From NCBI GenBank assembly GCA_964441955.1, contig CAYTWA010000002.1:9894-73893 (forward strand): a stretch of DNA of 64,000 bases, in the 5' to 3' direction. A model generated the notes under the pieces. The model was not told the DNA's origin. It ran no database searches and saw only the letters and a list, made by a program, of their open reading frames with translations. Source of the DNA: an uncultured Elusimicrobia bacterium (GTDB lineage: Bacteria > Elusimicrobiota > Elusimicrobia > 2-01-FULL-59-12). This document shows, in pieces, positions 1-10,028 of this stretch (position 1 is the first letter of the stretch; the number at the start of each line of letters is the position of its first letter). A program made the position numbers and the translations under genes.

Positions 1-3000
1 GCGGCGCGCTGCAAAGCGTTCATAGCCTGCAGGATTTAAACGCCCGGTTAAAAGGCGAAATTCAAGATTACCTTCACCGGGAAAAAGCGCTGAACGAGCG
101 CATGATCCGCCTTCAGCAGGAGCTTAACGACAGTTATTCCCGGCTTGACCAGCACACCTCCATTGACCGCGACCGCGAAGCCGCCGCGCGCGAAGCCCTC
201 CGGCAAGAAATCATCCTTGAACAAAATGCCAAGTGGCAAACCGAAATCGATGCGCTTCGTCAGTCGGTTCAAAACTGGAACGAGGTGCGCCGCCAGAAAG
301 AAACCGAACTGCGGATGATCAAAGAAGCCCTGCTACAAAAAGAAGCGGAAGTCTTCGCCCTGCAGAAAGAAAAAATCAGCAGCGAAGAAAAAGCTCATCG
401 CGATTTGGTTGAAGCCATCAGCAAAGCCCGCTCCGGCGTCCAAATGGCGATCGACGAAGTGGTTCGTTCCAAAGACCACGACATTCAAAACCTTAAAAAT
501 GAATTGGCCCAAGGCCCTATTGAGCTTGATCGCCGGCTGCAGCAAATCGAGCAGGACTACCGGAGAAAGGAACAAAATCTCCTCCATCAATTTCGCGAGC
601 GCCAGCAAGCGCTCGAACTCGATTGGACGCAGCGGGAAAAAGAACTCTGGGAACAAGTCTCCCGCTCCCGGCAAACCTTGGAGGCGGAGCTTAAGAAACA
701 ATGGGAAAACCGAACCCAGGAGTTAGAACGCAGTTTTGACCAGCGCCGTTCTTTCCTGGAAAACCAAACCCAGCAAAAAGAACATTTGATGGACCAGCGC
801 CTATCCGCGCGGGAGAATGAGCTCCTTTCGGTCTGGGCGGCCAAAGAATCGGCTCTGGTGCAGGATTGGGCCCGCAAGGAAAAAGCGCTGGCCGAACAAT
901 TCCAAAAAGCACTGGATGAAGAACGTCAAAGCGCGATGGCAGAAATTGCCCGCGTTAAAAAAGAATCCGAAACCTGGCGCGCGGCGCAGGAAGAAACGTG
1001 GCATTCCCGGGAAATCGAATTTAAGAAAGCCCAAAGCGAAACAGAGGACATGCTCCGGGACTCCTTCCGGCACCGTGAGGAAGACCTTCTAGCCAAGCAC
1101 CAAGACGCCTTAGGGAAGTCGCAAAAGCAAATCAGCGATTTATTGGCCCGCGCCAGTGAAAAAGACACCCAAGCCCGTGTGGCCATGGAAAAGCTGGCGA
1201 TGGTGGTAAAAGAACGCGACGCGCTTTCGGAAAGGCTTGAATCCACCACGCGCGACTCCCAGCAGCGCCTCATGATGGTTGAGCAGCAGCTTAAAACCCG
1301 TGAACGTGAGCTCCAGCAGCTGACCCAGCGCCTCGCATCGGAAGTGGAGGTTCGCGAGGCGCACATCCAGAATTTAACGCGCAAAAACACCGCTCAGGAA
1401 TCAGACGTGAAAGTGCTTCAGGAAAAAATTGAGCGCGCCGAAATCGACCGGGACGCAAGCCAGAAAAAGGCGGTGGAGCTTGAGACCGATTTCATGGCAC
1501 GCCGCCAGTCTTTGGAGCAGGCCTATCAAACAGAGATGTCTTCACTTCGGGAACGCTTAACCGTTCTATCTCAAACGACTTCGCAAAAAGAACAGACGTA
1601 TCAGCGCCGGGTGGCCGAACTTGAAACGGATTTATTGGAACGCGTCTCTCAGGCGCAAACGCTTTCCGACCAGCTTTCCGTGGCCCGGACAGATTTTCAG
1701 GAGCTGCTTCAAACGTCTACGACTCGCGACGACCGTCTGGCGAGTATCGAGCGGGAGTTGGCCAACGCCCTGGAAGAGGTCCGAAGTCTAACCCATCATT
1801 TAAAGCGCCAAGAAGAAGTTCGCGATGAACTCCAATCGAAGAATGAAGCGCTACAAGGCCAGCTTCGCGAAGAAACCCAACGATTTGAAGAACGTTTAGC
1901 CCACGCCGGCCACGAGGCCGACATGATGCGCGGCCGTCTGGAGCAACGTGTTGTTGAGCTCGAGGGATTGTTCCGCCAAAAAAGCACCGATGCCCAGACG
2001 CTGCAAATACGCTTAAACGAAGCGATGCAAGCGTTTAAAACGCTGGAAAGTGTTTCGAGCGAACGACAAACGGAACTCTCAGCTCGCCTTCAAGCTTTGG
2101 AACAGGCCTCGAACGCCGAAAAAGAGGCCTTTGACGTGCAGCTTCAGGGCCTGCGCCAAAAAGATCTAGCTCTCCAGCAATCTTTGGAGGCGCGTATTCG
2201 CGAACTTGAAACCGATATTGCCCGTCGCGCAGCCGTTCAAGCCGACTTGCAGGGACAAGTCCAAAGCTTGCAAGAAACCCGCCAAGATATCAGCGAGCGC
2301 TCGGCAGCGCGGGAAGCCCAGCTTTTGGACGAAGTTCACGATCTTAAAAACAAGATTCAGGTCCAAAAAGAGCAGCTCACCTCTCGCGTCTTGGGGCTGG
2401 AGCGCGAACGTCATCAAACCGAAGAGGCGCTTCATGCGAAAGCCCTCGAGTTGGAGCAGCGGCTAGGACAAAAGAGCACCACGCTAAAAACAGTTCAAGA
2501 TGAATTGAGCAAAGCCCATGAAACGACTGAGCAATTAGGGAAACGATTGACGACGGTTGAAGCCCATCTCCAGCGCGCGGAAGGGCAGCTTAAAGCCAAA
2601 GAGACGGAACTTCACGCTCTCATAAACGCTTCCCACAAACAAGCCGCGGAAACTCAAGAAACCTACCAGCGGCGTTTGCTTGATCTGCAAAATCAAAAAC
2701 TCAAGCTCGAAACTGATTTAAAGGGCGTCCAGGATCTGTTGGCGCGAACGGAAAGCGCCCGGGTGGCCATTGAAAAAGACGCCGCGCTTCTTGAGACGCA
2801 GCGGCTCAGCCAAGTGCAAAAGTTGGAAGAACGTTTGGTCGCGCAAGAGCGAGCCCATGAAGAGCGCTTCGCCCATGCCGATCAAGCCGCGCAAACCATG
2901 CGCGGCCAGTTGGAAAAAAGGATTTTGGATGTGGAAGGCCAGCTGCGTCAGAAAATGACCGATTTGCAAACGCTCGAAAGCCGCCTTAAAGAGGCTGTGG

Positions 3001-6000
3001 ACGAACGAAAATCCTTTGAAACGGCTTCGGACACCCGTAAAACCCAGCTTTCGAAGGAAGTCGATGAGCTTAAAGAGAAGGTCAAATTTCAAAAAGAGCA
3101 ACTCGCTTCCCGCGTCATGGGGCTTGAACGAGAACGCCATCAGATCGAAGACGCGTTACAGGCCAAAATTTTAGAACTCGAGCAAAGCGGCAGTCAGAAA
3201 ACAACCGCGATCAAAACCCTTCAAGAACAGCTCACCAAGGCGCGCGAACGCAGCGAACAGATGGAAAAGCGTCTGTCCACAGTGGAGGCCCACCTGCAGC
3301 GCGCGGAGGGGCAGCTAAAGGCCAAAGAAACGGAACTTCATTCCCTAATAAGCAGCTCGCACAAGGAATTAAACGAGTCCCAGGAGACGTATCAGCGGCG
3401 CATCTTGGAGCTGCAAAACAACAAACTCAAACTGGAGACCGACTTAAAAAGCCTTCAAGAATCGCTGGCGCGCGCCGATGGCTTGCGTGCGTCCCTTGAA
3501 AAAGAAGCCGCACAGCGTGAACGGACATGGCGCGCCGCGGAGGGTGAATGGAAGGGTGCCGCTGAAGCCAAGCAAAAGGAGGCAGGCCTCCAGCAGACGG
3601 CGCTGACGAAACGCATCGATGAATTAGAGAATCAAGTCCGCCAAAAAACGGTGGAACTCCAGACTTTCGAAGCGCGCCTTTCGGTCGCCGAAGACCAGCG
3701 AACGGCTTTTGAGAAAGACGTGCAAGCCGGCCGCAGCCAGATCGTTGCGATGCAAAAACAAATTTTGGATTTAAAGACCGGCCTTCAGGAACGTGAATCG
3801 GAGCTAAAAGAAAACCATCAGTCGCTCCTTTCGCTGCAAAAAGAACGGCAAACGCTATTGGACTCACTTGAGGCCGAGCGCAAAGGTGTTGCCTTGGAAC
3901 GCCAGGCCTGGGAATTCACCGCGGCACAAACCGATCAAGCGCGTCAGAAAGAAAACGCGGCCTTTGAGGACCGGCTGCTCGCGCTCCAGCAGGAACGCGC
4001 CCAGGTGGAACGGACACTTCAAAAACAGGTTACCGATCTTCAGGAAACGCTCACGCTTCGCGTCGCGGACCTTGAAGATGCCAAACAACAACTTCAAACC
4101 ACTCTCCAGGAGCGCCTGGCGTTTGACAAGGCGGTGGGGGTCAGGACGTCCGAGGCCCTCCAGCGGCACGATGAATTGGAAAAGCGCTATTTTGCAGAGC
4201 GCGACAAAGCGCAACTTGCCGAAACCACGCTGGCCGCGCAAGTCTCGGAACTTCAGTCCCTGCAAGCGGAGCTATCGGCCATCCGCGAAGAGCGCCAAAC
4301 GCTTATTTCCCAACTGGCCAGTGAAAGGCAGAAATCGCAGACGGATTTGCGCGCCGCGGCGAATGACCACGTGGAGCGTGCCGAAGCGCTTCAGAAGCGT
4401 ATCCAAAACCTCGAAATTAACCTTGGTGCGGAGCGCAGCCAATTTGAGCAGCGGATGGCCGCCGTGCAAAAAGACCGCGCCGAGAAAGAGGAAACCCTGC
4501 ATCGTCGCCTCTTAGAGCTTCAGGATGTGGCCTCAGGCCGCGCCGCGGAAATCCAGGGGCTTAAACAGAGGCTTCATGAAGCCGAACAAGCCCGTTTTTC
4601 TTTGGAGAAAACAACGGGCGAACAGCTTGGGAAAGCCCAGCAGAGCCAAACCGATCTCGAGAAGCGGTTTTTTGCCGAACGCGGCCGCGCAGAGCAGGCC
4701 GAGAGCCAATTAGCCGCTCAATTGTCTGAAATCAAAGAATTAAAGGAGGCTGTAGCCTCGGCGCGGCAAGACAGAGAGACGCTGCTTAAAACTCTCTCTG
4801 AGCAGCGCGAGAAAGCGATGTCGGATTTAAGCGCCCTCCAAAAGGCGGCCCAGACCTCCGAACAAGAGGCGCGCCGGCAGATGCATGTGCTTGAGAAGGA
4901 GTGGCGTGACCGGCTGAATGCGGCCGCCGCGCAATCCGCGGAGCGGGTTGCCACTTTACAATCCCAAGTGACGGTGCTTGAAAAGGCTCAAGTCGCCGAA
5001 AAGGCCGATTTTGAAAAGCGTTTGGCTCTTTTTGTGGAAGAACGCGCCCGCGCTGAAGAAGCGCTGCAGACCCGATTGATCAGCCTCCAAGAAGGGCTGG
5101 CGCGCCAGCAGACCTTGGCTACCGAATTGACCCAAAAATTAGACGCCTCCGAAAAAACTCGCGACATTCTTGAAAAGCTTTCGCGTCAAACAGGTGAGGA
5201 ATGGAAAGCCGATCGCCAGGCGCTCGCGCAGCAATTAAATGCGCAGCGCGAACAAATCGTGCGGCTTGAAAAACAGCTGTCGGCCCGTGAAGAAAACGTT
5301 CAAGACATCCAACAAGCGCTGGCGCAGGCCCAAAAAGACCGCCAAGCTTTGACCGAGTCGCTACAGCACGCAAAAGTCAGTTTTGATTTGGAACGAACCG
5401 GTCTAGAGTCACATTTTGAACGCTCCAGTGAAACGCTCCGCTTCAAGTTCATGGAAGCCCAAAAGCAGACTGCCGCTCAAGCTTTGATGCTCGAAGAGCA
5501 GCGGGCGCGTCTTATGCAGCTCGAGGAGCGTCTTAAAGACTCCGAACAGCGTCGCTCAATGATGGAAAAAGCAGGGACCCTTCAGTCCACGGAAGCTGAG
5601 AACCGTCGCCTCGATTTGGAAACGCATCTTCGGGCGGAACGTGAGCGGTCGGGTCATATGGAAACTCGCTTGACGGCCCAAGTCTCGGAGCTTAAGGAAC
5701 TTAAAGAAGCTCTCGCCGCTGCCCGGCAGGAACGCGAAAGCGTGCTAGTGACCCTCGCTAGTCAGCGGGACAAAGCCTCTCAGGATCTGGCCGATCAGCA
5801 AAAGGCGCTGCAGACGTCGGAGGCCGATTCCCGTCGACAAATTCAAGCGCTAGAGAAAGAATGGAAAGAGCGCTTAAGCGCAGCGTCCACGCATGCCTCA
5901 GAGCGTATCGACGCACTTCAAGCCCAGGTCGCGCAGCTCGAACAAACATTGTCCCGTGAAAGGCATGATTATGAAGTGCGCTTGGCGGGCTTGGTGGATG

Positions 6001-9000
6001 AGCGTGCGCGAGCCGAAGCAGCGCTTCAAGCCCGACTAAGCCAGATCCAAGATCAGTTGGCGCGCCAGCAGACGCTCGCGCAGGAGATGACGCTCCAAAT
6101 AGCCGCCTCTGAGAAAGAGCGCGAAAGTTTGGAAAAAGCGTCGCGCCAAAACGGGTCCAATTGGAAAGCGCAGCAGGCCGCTATTCAGACGCAACTGGAC
6201 GCCTACCGCGAACAGATTCGGGGGCTTGAAACGGAGCTTGCGGCCCGCCAAACAGATTTAAAGGATGTCCATGCGTCCTTAGCCGCCGCGCAAGCGGACC
6301 GGCAAGCGTTAATCGAGTCGCTCCAAACGCACAAGCAAGGGTTTAGTCTCGAGCGAAGCGCTCTCGAATCGCTCATGGAAAAGACCGTCACCGATTCTAC
6401 TCACGCCATGGACGTCTTACGTGCAAGGCTGGTAGAGGCGGAGAAGCAGGTGGCCGTTCACCTGAATGCGCTAGATGACCAGCGCTCACGCGTCGTGCAG
6501 TTGGAAGCGCGGCTTAAGGAATCTGAACAACGCCGTGTCTCTATAGAACAATTGGGAGCGACCCAGTTGGCCGAAGCCGAAAAATGCCGCCGCGATCTTG
6601 AAACGCGACTGAGCGCGGAACGCGACCGCGCCGGCCTCATGGAGACGAAACACGCAACTCAAGTGTCGGAGTTGAAAGAATTGCACAACGCGCTCGCCTC
6701 CGCGCGCCAGGAGCGCGAAACGCTTCTTGAAACATTGTCGGCTCAGCGTGAAAAAGCGACTGCCGACTTGATGGCTCAGCAAAAAATGCTTCAGACTGCG
6801 GAGTCCGAAGCGCGTCGGCAGACGCAGGCCCTTGAAAAAGAATGGCGGGATCGTTTAGCGGCGGCCTCCGCTCAATCCACGGATCGGATTACGGCGCTTC
6901 AAGCGCAGGTCACGCAACTTGAGCAAACATTGACCCAAGAGAGACACCAGGTCGAAAAACGGCTTGCGGCTCTGGTGGAGGAACGATATCAAGCCGAAGC
7001 AGCCCTCCAGGACCGCTTAACGGCCTTAAGCGAAAATTTAGCGCGTCAGCAAACGATGGCTCAAGAAATGGCGCTTAAACTAGCGGCCTCCGAGAAGGAG
7101 CGAGAAAGTCAGGAAAAAGCCGCCCGCATGGCGGGGTCCGATTGGAAAACACAACAAACCGCATTCCAAACGCAATTGGAAGGTCAACGCGACCACGTTC
7201 GGCAATTGGAAAAACAGCTGACGTCGCGTGAACACGATTTAAAAGAAGTTCAAGCCGCGTTGTCGGCGGTTCAAAAAGACCGTCAAATTCTAACGGAAAA
7301 GCTCGAATCGCAAAGACAAGGATTTGAGCTAGAACGGGCGGCCTTGGAAGTGAAGTTGGCGGAAGGACAAAAAGCCGCCAGCCAAGCCATCGCCAAACTC
7401 GAATCGCAGTGGCGCCAAAGGCTCGATACGGCCGCGGAGGAATCCACCCAAACGGTGGAAGCGCTGCGCCAACGAATCGTGGAAATTGAGCAGAAATGGG
7501 GCGAGCGGAATGCGGCGCTGGAAAAAGATTGGCGCGAGCGCTTAAGCGCCTCGGGCGTCCAATACACCGAACGCCTTGCCGGTCTTCGCTCGCAAATGGC
7601 TTCCTTAGAGGCGGCGCACCGAGACCAAACAGCCTCCTTAGAACAGGCGCTGGCAGCTCAGAAAGCCGATTTTGAAAAACGCATCACCGTTTTCCAGCAA
7701 GAGCGCACTAAAGAAGAATCGATTCTTCGGGAGCGTTTAATGTCGCTGCAAGACAAGGCCGGCCATAAAGAGGCGGACTTGTCCGCGCTGGCGAAGGATC
7801 TCGAAGGAGAGCTTGCAGCCGCCCGCCAGGAACGGGATGCATTGGCCAGTGAGCTTACGCTTCAGAGGGAAGAATCCGTCAAAGCCCTTCGTGCGGCCGA
7901 GGGCACCGCCAAAACTCTCGAAAGCCAGTGGCGCTCTCGTTTGGACGCCTTGGACAAATCGGCTCAAGAACGGGTCGCGCGCGTCACGACCGAAGCGGCT
8001 GAACGGCTGGAGGCCTTTGAAGCGCGCGTGGAAGAATTAGAAAAGCGTCTTGCCTCCGAGCGCAGTGATTTTCAAAAACGTTTAGAAGCCCAAACCGCTC
8101 AAGCCGAACGTGTCCAAGCCCCCCTGCAGCAGCGGTTGATCGAATTGGAGCGCGCCGTGGCCGAGCGCTCGGGCTCTCTTAAGGCCGTCCAAGAAAAGCT
8201 GTCGCGCTTAGAAGAGGCCAAGGCGCGCCTTGAAAAGACCGCGGCGACCGACGCCGCTCAGGCCGCCCGGACCTACCGGCAGATGGAAGAGCGTTTGGCC
8301 GCCGAAGGCGGTCGTGCGGAAGCGTTGGTCGGCCAGATTCAGGCGCATCAGCTGCAAATCAAGGAATTAGACGCCGTTTTATCCGCGGTGCGTGAAGAGC
8401 GTCAAGCCTTAAGTGAATCGCTCGAAGCGCAGCGCCAGAAATTTATGGCTGATATGAAGGACCAAGGGCAATCCCTCAGCCAGCGTGAGCGCATGGTCGC
8501 TCAGCAAATCCATGAATTGGAGAAGGAATACACTCAGCGCTTGAGCCAGCAGGAAAAAGATTTCAAATCGCAAAGCGAAGCGCTTCATGAACGGGCCCGT
8601 GCGCTGGAAGCGGACTTGGCCCGCCGGGAATCGGCCGCGCAAGCGATCGAAAAACAATTGCGCCGGGAATACGAAGCGCGCCTCCATGAAGAACGGGAAA
8701 AAGCGCGCAAACTTCAGACCGACTTGGCCGCGCTTAGTTCTTCCGTGAGCGACTTGGAAAGCCGCTGTGCCACTCTTCAGGGCCAGAAGGAAACCAACGA
8801 CGACCATTTCGAGCAGGAACGATTTCGATTTGCCGATCAAATAAAAGGTCTCGAAACGCGCCTTAAGGAACAAAAAGCGGAATCCAAACGGACAGTAGAG
8901 GCGTTGGAACTTGAACTTCGTTCCCAATCCGCGGGTGTTTCAAAGGAATCGGTCGACCGTCTGGAAAATGTCCAGCGCCGGGTGCGCGAGTTGGAGCAGC

Positions 9001-10028
9001 TTATGGACCGAAAGGATACTGAAATCGGCGTGCTTCGGGAACAAATGGACCATTTAGAAAAAGCCTCGGCTCATCGTGAGAAGGAAATGGTTCGTACTCA
9101 TGCGAAGGAATTAGAAGAAATGCAAAGCCGCTTCCTAGGCAAGATGAAAGAGATCCGCGCGGAGTCCGAGGAAGCCTTACGCCGCGTGCAAAATGAGTAT
9201 TTATCGCAAGAGTCTGTGGCAAGCCCGGATTTGCGTGGAATGGAAGAACGCCGAGTTTTAGAAGCAAAGCTTCGGGAGGCTCAAGCGGAACTGGAACAAG
9301 CGAAAGTCCGCGAGCCCGCACGCCTAGCGGATGCCGGAGTGTCCAAATCCTTGATGGAAGAATGGGTGTTTGGTTTTGCCCATCAAGTCCGCAACCCCCT
9401 AGGCATTATCCGAAGTGTTGCCGAATCGTTGAAATGCCAGGTGGCGCTCAGCCGCGGTGGTGGTGAGGCCATCGACGCCATTTTGAAGGCGGTCGATGGG
9501 TTAAATGGACGCCTTAAAGAATTTATCGAATTCTCCAAACCGGTTAAACCCTTCTGCCAAGCCTTGGATGTACGAACCACGGTGGAAAAAGCCTCTTCCG
9601 GGCTGCGCGAGCGAATGAAGCGGCAGCGGGTGGACTTCAAAATGGACATTCCACACAATTGTCCGACTCTGCCTTTGGACCCCGATCACATGCAAACGAT
9701 TTTGGTCAATTTGATGAGCAATGCCTTGGATGCCATGCCCGATGGCGGTAAACTGCGCGTGGAAGCGCGTTACGCGCCCTCAGGCGGAAAGCTGGAGCTG
9801 CGCGTTCAAGACACAGGCCGGGGAATTCCCAAAGAACATATGAAGGAAGTGGGTCGTCCGTTTTTCTCCACGAAACCGGGTGCCGTCGGTTTGGGGCTTG
9901 CTCTCGTCAAACGCCTGCTTCGCGCTTATCACGGCGACGTGGTGGTCGAAAGCAAACCTAACCAAGGCACGACGGTCCTATGCCGGCTCCAGGTTCTTGA
10001 TAAAGGAGAAACCGCATGGGCCGCGTAA
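1..10028 (+). CDS. Giant coiled-coil sensor histidine kinase (5' partial; >3,340 aa). About 3,100 aa of heptad-rich, SMC/myosin-tail-like coiled coil followed by HisKA (H-box FAHQVRNPL) and HATPase_c (N-box LVNLMSNALDA, G1 DTGRGIP, G2 GLGLALV)
   Basis: ORF 102..10028 continues in frame without a stop to base 3 (translated by hand upstream of the first ATG), so it is 5'-truncated. The C-terminal ~230 aa show canonical histidine-kinase motifs. The rest is E/Q/R/K/L/A-rich repeats with no TM segment. Confidence 0.85.
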   Translation, partial: GALQSVHSLQDLNARLKGEIQDYLHREKALNERMIRLQQELNDSYSRLDQHTSIDRDREAAAREALRQEIILEQNAKWQTEIDALRQSVQNWNEVRRQKETELRMIKEALLQKEAEVFALQKEKISSEEKAHRDLVEAISKARSGVQMAIDEVVRSKDHDIQNLKNELAQGPIELDRRLQQIEQDYRRKEQNLLHQFRERQQALELDWTQREKELWEQVSRSRQTLEAELKKQWENRTQELERSFDQRRSFLENQTQQKEHLMDQRLSARENELLSVWAAKESALVQDWARKEKALAEQFQKALDEERQSAMAEIARVKKESETWRAAQEETWHSREIEFKKAQSETEDMLRDSFRHREEDLLAKHQDALGKSQKQISDLLARASEKDTQARVAMEKLAMVVKERDALSERLESTTRDSQQRLMMVEQQLKTRERELQQLTQRLASEVEVREAHIQNLTRKNTAQESDVKVLQEKIERAEIDRDASQKKAVELETDFMARRQSLEQAYQTEMSSLRERLTVLSQTTSQKEQTYQRRVAELETDLLERVSQAQTLSDQLSVARTDFQELLQTSTTRDDRLASIERELANALEEVRSLTHHLKRQEEVRDELQSKNEALQGQLREETQRFEERLAHAGHEADMMRGRLEQRVVELEGLFRQKSTDAQTLQIRLNEAMQAFKTLESVSSERQTELSARLQALEQASNAEKEAFDVQLQGLRQKDLALQQSLEARIRELETDIARRAAVQADLQGQVQSLQETRQDISERSAAREAQLLDEVHDLKNKIQVQKEQLTSRVLGLERERHQTEEALHAKALELEQRLGQKSTTLKTVQDELSKAHETTEQLGKRLTTVEAHLQRAEGQLKAKETELHALINASHKQAAETQETYQRRLLDLQNQKLKLETDLKGVQDLLARTESARVAIEKDAALLETQRLSQVQKLEERLVAQERAHEERFAHADQAAQTMRGQLEKRILDVEGQLRQKMTDLQTLESRLKEAVDERKSFETASDTRKTQLSKEVDELKEKVKFQKEQLASRVMGLERERHQIEDALQAKILELEQSGSQKTTAIKTLQEQLTKARERSEQMEKRLSTVEAHLQRAEGQLKAKETELHSLISSSHKELNESQETYQRRILELQNNKLKLETDLKSLQESLARADGLRASLEKEAAQRERTWRAAEGEWKGAAEAKQKEAGLQQTALTKRIDELENQVRQKTVELQTFEARLSVAEDQRTAFEKDVQAGRSQIVAMQKQILDLKTGLQERESELKENHQSLLSLQKERQTLLDSLEAERKGVALERQAWEFTAAQTDQARQKENAAFEDRLLALQQERAQVERTLQKQVTDLQETLTLRVADLEDAKQQLQTTLQERLAFDKAVGVRTSEALQRHDELEKRYFAERDKAQLAETTLAAQVSELQSLQAELSAIREERQTLISQLASERQKSQTDLRAAANDHVERAEALQKRIQNLEINLGAERSQFEQRMAAVQKDRAEKEETLHRRLLELQDVASGRAAEIQGLKQRLHEAEQARFSLEKTTGEQLGKAQQSQTDLEKRFFAERGRAEQAESQLAAQLSEIKELKEAVASARQDRETLLKTLSEQREKAMSDLSALQKAAQTSEQEARRQMHVLEKEWRDRLNAAAAQSAERVATLQSQVTVLEKAQVAEKADFEKRLALFVEERARAEEALQTRLISLQEGLARQQTLATELTQKLDASEKTRDILEKLSRQTGEEWKADRQALAQQLNAQREQIVRLEKQLSAREENVQDIQQALAQAQKDRQALTESLQHAKVSFDLERTGLESHFERSSETLRFKFMEAQKQTAAQALMLEEQRARLMQLEERLKDSEQRRSMMEKAGTLQSTEAENRRLDLETHLRAERERSGHMETRLTAQVSELKELKEALAAARQERESVLVTLASQRDKASQDLADQQKALQTSEADSRRQIQALEKEWKERLSAASTHASERIDALQAQVAQLEQTLSRERHDYEVRLAGLVDERARAEAALQARLSQIQDQLARQQTLAQEMTLQIAASEKERESLEKASRQNGSNWKAQQAAIQTQLDAYREQIRGLETELAARQTDLKDVHASLAAAQADRQALIESLQTHKQGFSLERSALESLMEKTVTDSTHAMDVLRARLVEAEKQVAVHLNALDDQRSRVVQLEARLKESEQRRVSIEQLGATQLAEAEKCRRDLETRLSAERDRAGLMETKHATQVSELKELHNALASARQERETLLETLSAQREKATADLMAQQKMLQTAESEARRQTQALEKEWRDRLAAASAQSTDRITALQAQVTQLEQTLTQERHQVEKRLAALVEERYQAEAALQDRLTALSENLARQQTMAQEMALKLAASEKERESQEKAARMAGSDWKTQQTAFQTQLEGQRDHVRQLEKQLTSREHDLKEVQAALSAVQKDRQILTEKLESQRQGFELERAALEVKLAEGQKAASQAIAKLESQWRQRLDTAAEESTQTVEALRQRIVEIEQKWGERNAALEKDWRERLSASGVQYTERLAGLRSQMASLEAAHRDQTASLEQALAAQKADFEKRITVFQQERTKEESILRERLMSLQDKAGHKEADLSALAKDLEGELAAARQERDALASELTLQREESVKALRAAEGTAKTLESQWRSRLDALDKSAQERVARVTTEAAERLEAFEARVEELEKRLASERSDFQKRLEAQTAQAERVQAPLQQRLIELERAVAERSGSLKAVQEKLSRLEEAKARLEKTAATDAAQAARTYRQMEERLAAEGGRAEALVGQIQAHQLQIKELDAVLSAVREERQALSESLEAQRQKFMADMKDQGQSLSQRERMVAQQIHELEKEYTQRLSQQEKDFKSQSEALHERARALEADLARRESAAQAIEKQLRREYEARLHEEREKARKLQTDLAALSSSVSDLESRCATLQGQKETNDDHFEQERFRFADQIKGLETRLKEQKAESKRTVEALELELRSQSAGVSKESVDRLENVQRRVRELEQLMDRKDTEIGVLREQMDHLEKASAHREKEMVRTHAKELEEMQSRFLGKMKEIRAESEEALRRVQNEYLSQESVASPDLRGMEERRVLEAKLREAQAELEQAKVREPARLADAGVSKSLMEEWVFGFAHQVRNPLGIIRSVAESLKCQVALSRGGGEAIDAILKAVDGLNGRLKEFIEFSKPVKPFCQALDVRTTVEKASSGLRERMKRQRVDFKMDIPHNCPTLPLDPDHMQTILVNLMSNALDAMPDGGKLRVEARYAPSGGKLELRVQDTGRGIPKEHMKEVGRPFFSTKPGAVGLGLALVKRLLRAYHGDVVVESKPNQGTTVLCRLQVLDKGETAWAA
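1880..3500 (+). repeat. Second intragenic repeat pair (~410-nt conserved block QKEQL.SRV.GLERERHQ.E.AL.AK.LELEQ...TVEAHLQRAEGQLKAKETELH..I..SHK...E.QETYQRR.L.LQN.KLKLETDLK) at ~2350-2760 and ~3080-3490. A weaker ERF..HA..MRG.LE match lies at ~1880 and ~2860.
   Basis: Near-identical peptide blocks read in the translation of the giant ORF. Confidence 0.55.
4640..7380 (+). repeat. Three tandem intragenic repeats of ~960-980 nt (~325 aa). Conserved blocks LTAQVSELKELKEAL...ASQRDKAS.DL..QQK.LQTSE...RRQ.QALEKEW..RL.AAS...ER..ALQAQV.QLEQTL..ER
   Basis: Protein-level self-similarity read directly from the translation. Copies start near nt 4670, 5630 and 6610, with ~60-70% aa identity. Confidence 0.7.

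Noticed and set aside
333-9965. About 40 antisense or out-of-frame ORFs of 60-170 aa nested inside the giant kinase gene (e.g. 926..1390 -, 2718..3140 -, 8409..8927 -, 3868..4515 +)
   Set aside because: They lie entirely within a 10-kb coding region of high GC and biased codon usage that suppresses stops in other frames. None has motifs or an RBS, and their products are low-complexity Arg/Ser/Ala-rich.
1-10028. The giant ORF as an SMC/MukB-type chromosome partition protein or a CRISPR-like/DNA repeat array
   Set aside because: There is no N-terminal Walker A or C-terminal Walker B/signature motif and no hinge. The C-terminus is unambiguously HisKA + HATPase_c. The repeats are ~1 kb coding repeats without short spacer-repeat periodicity.
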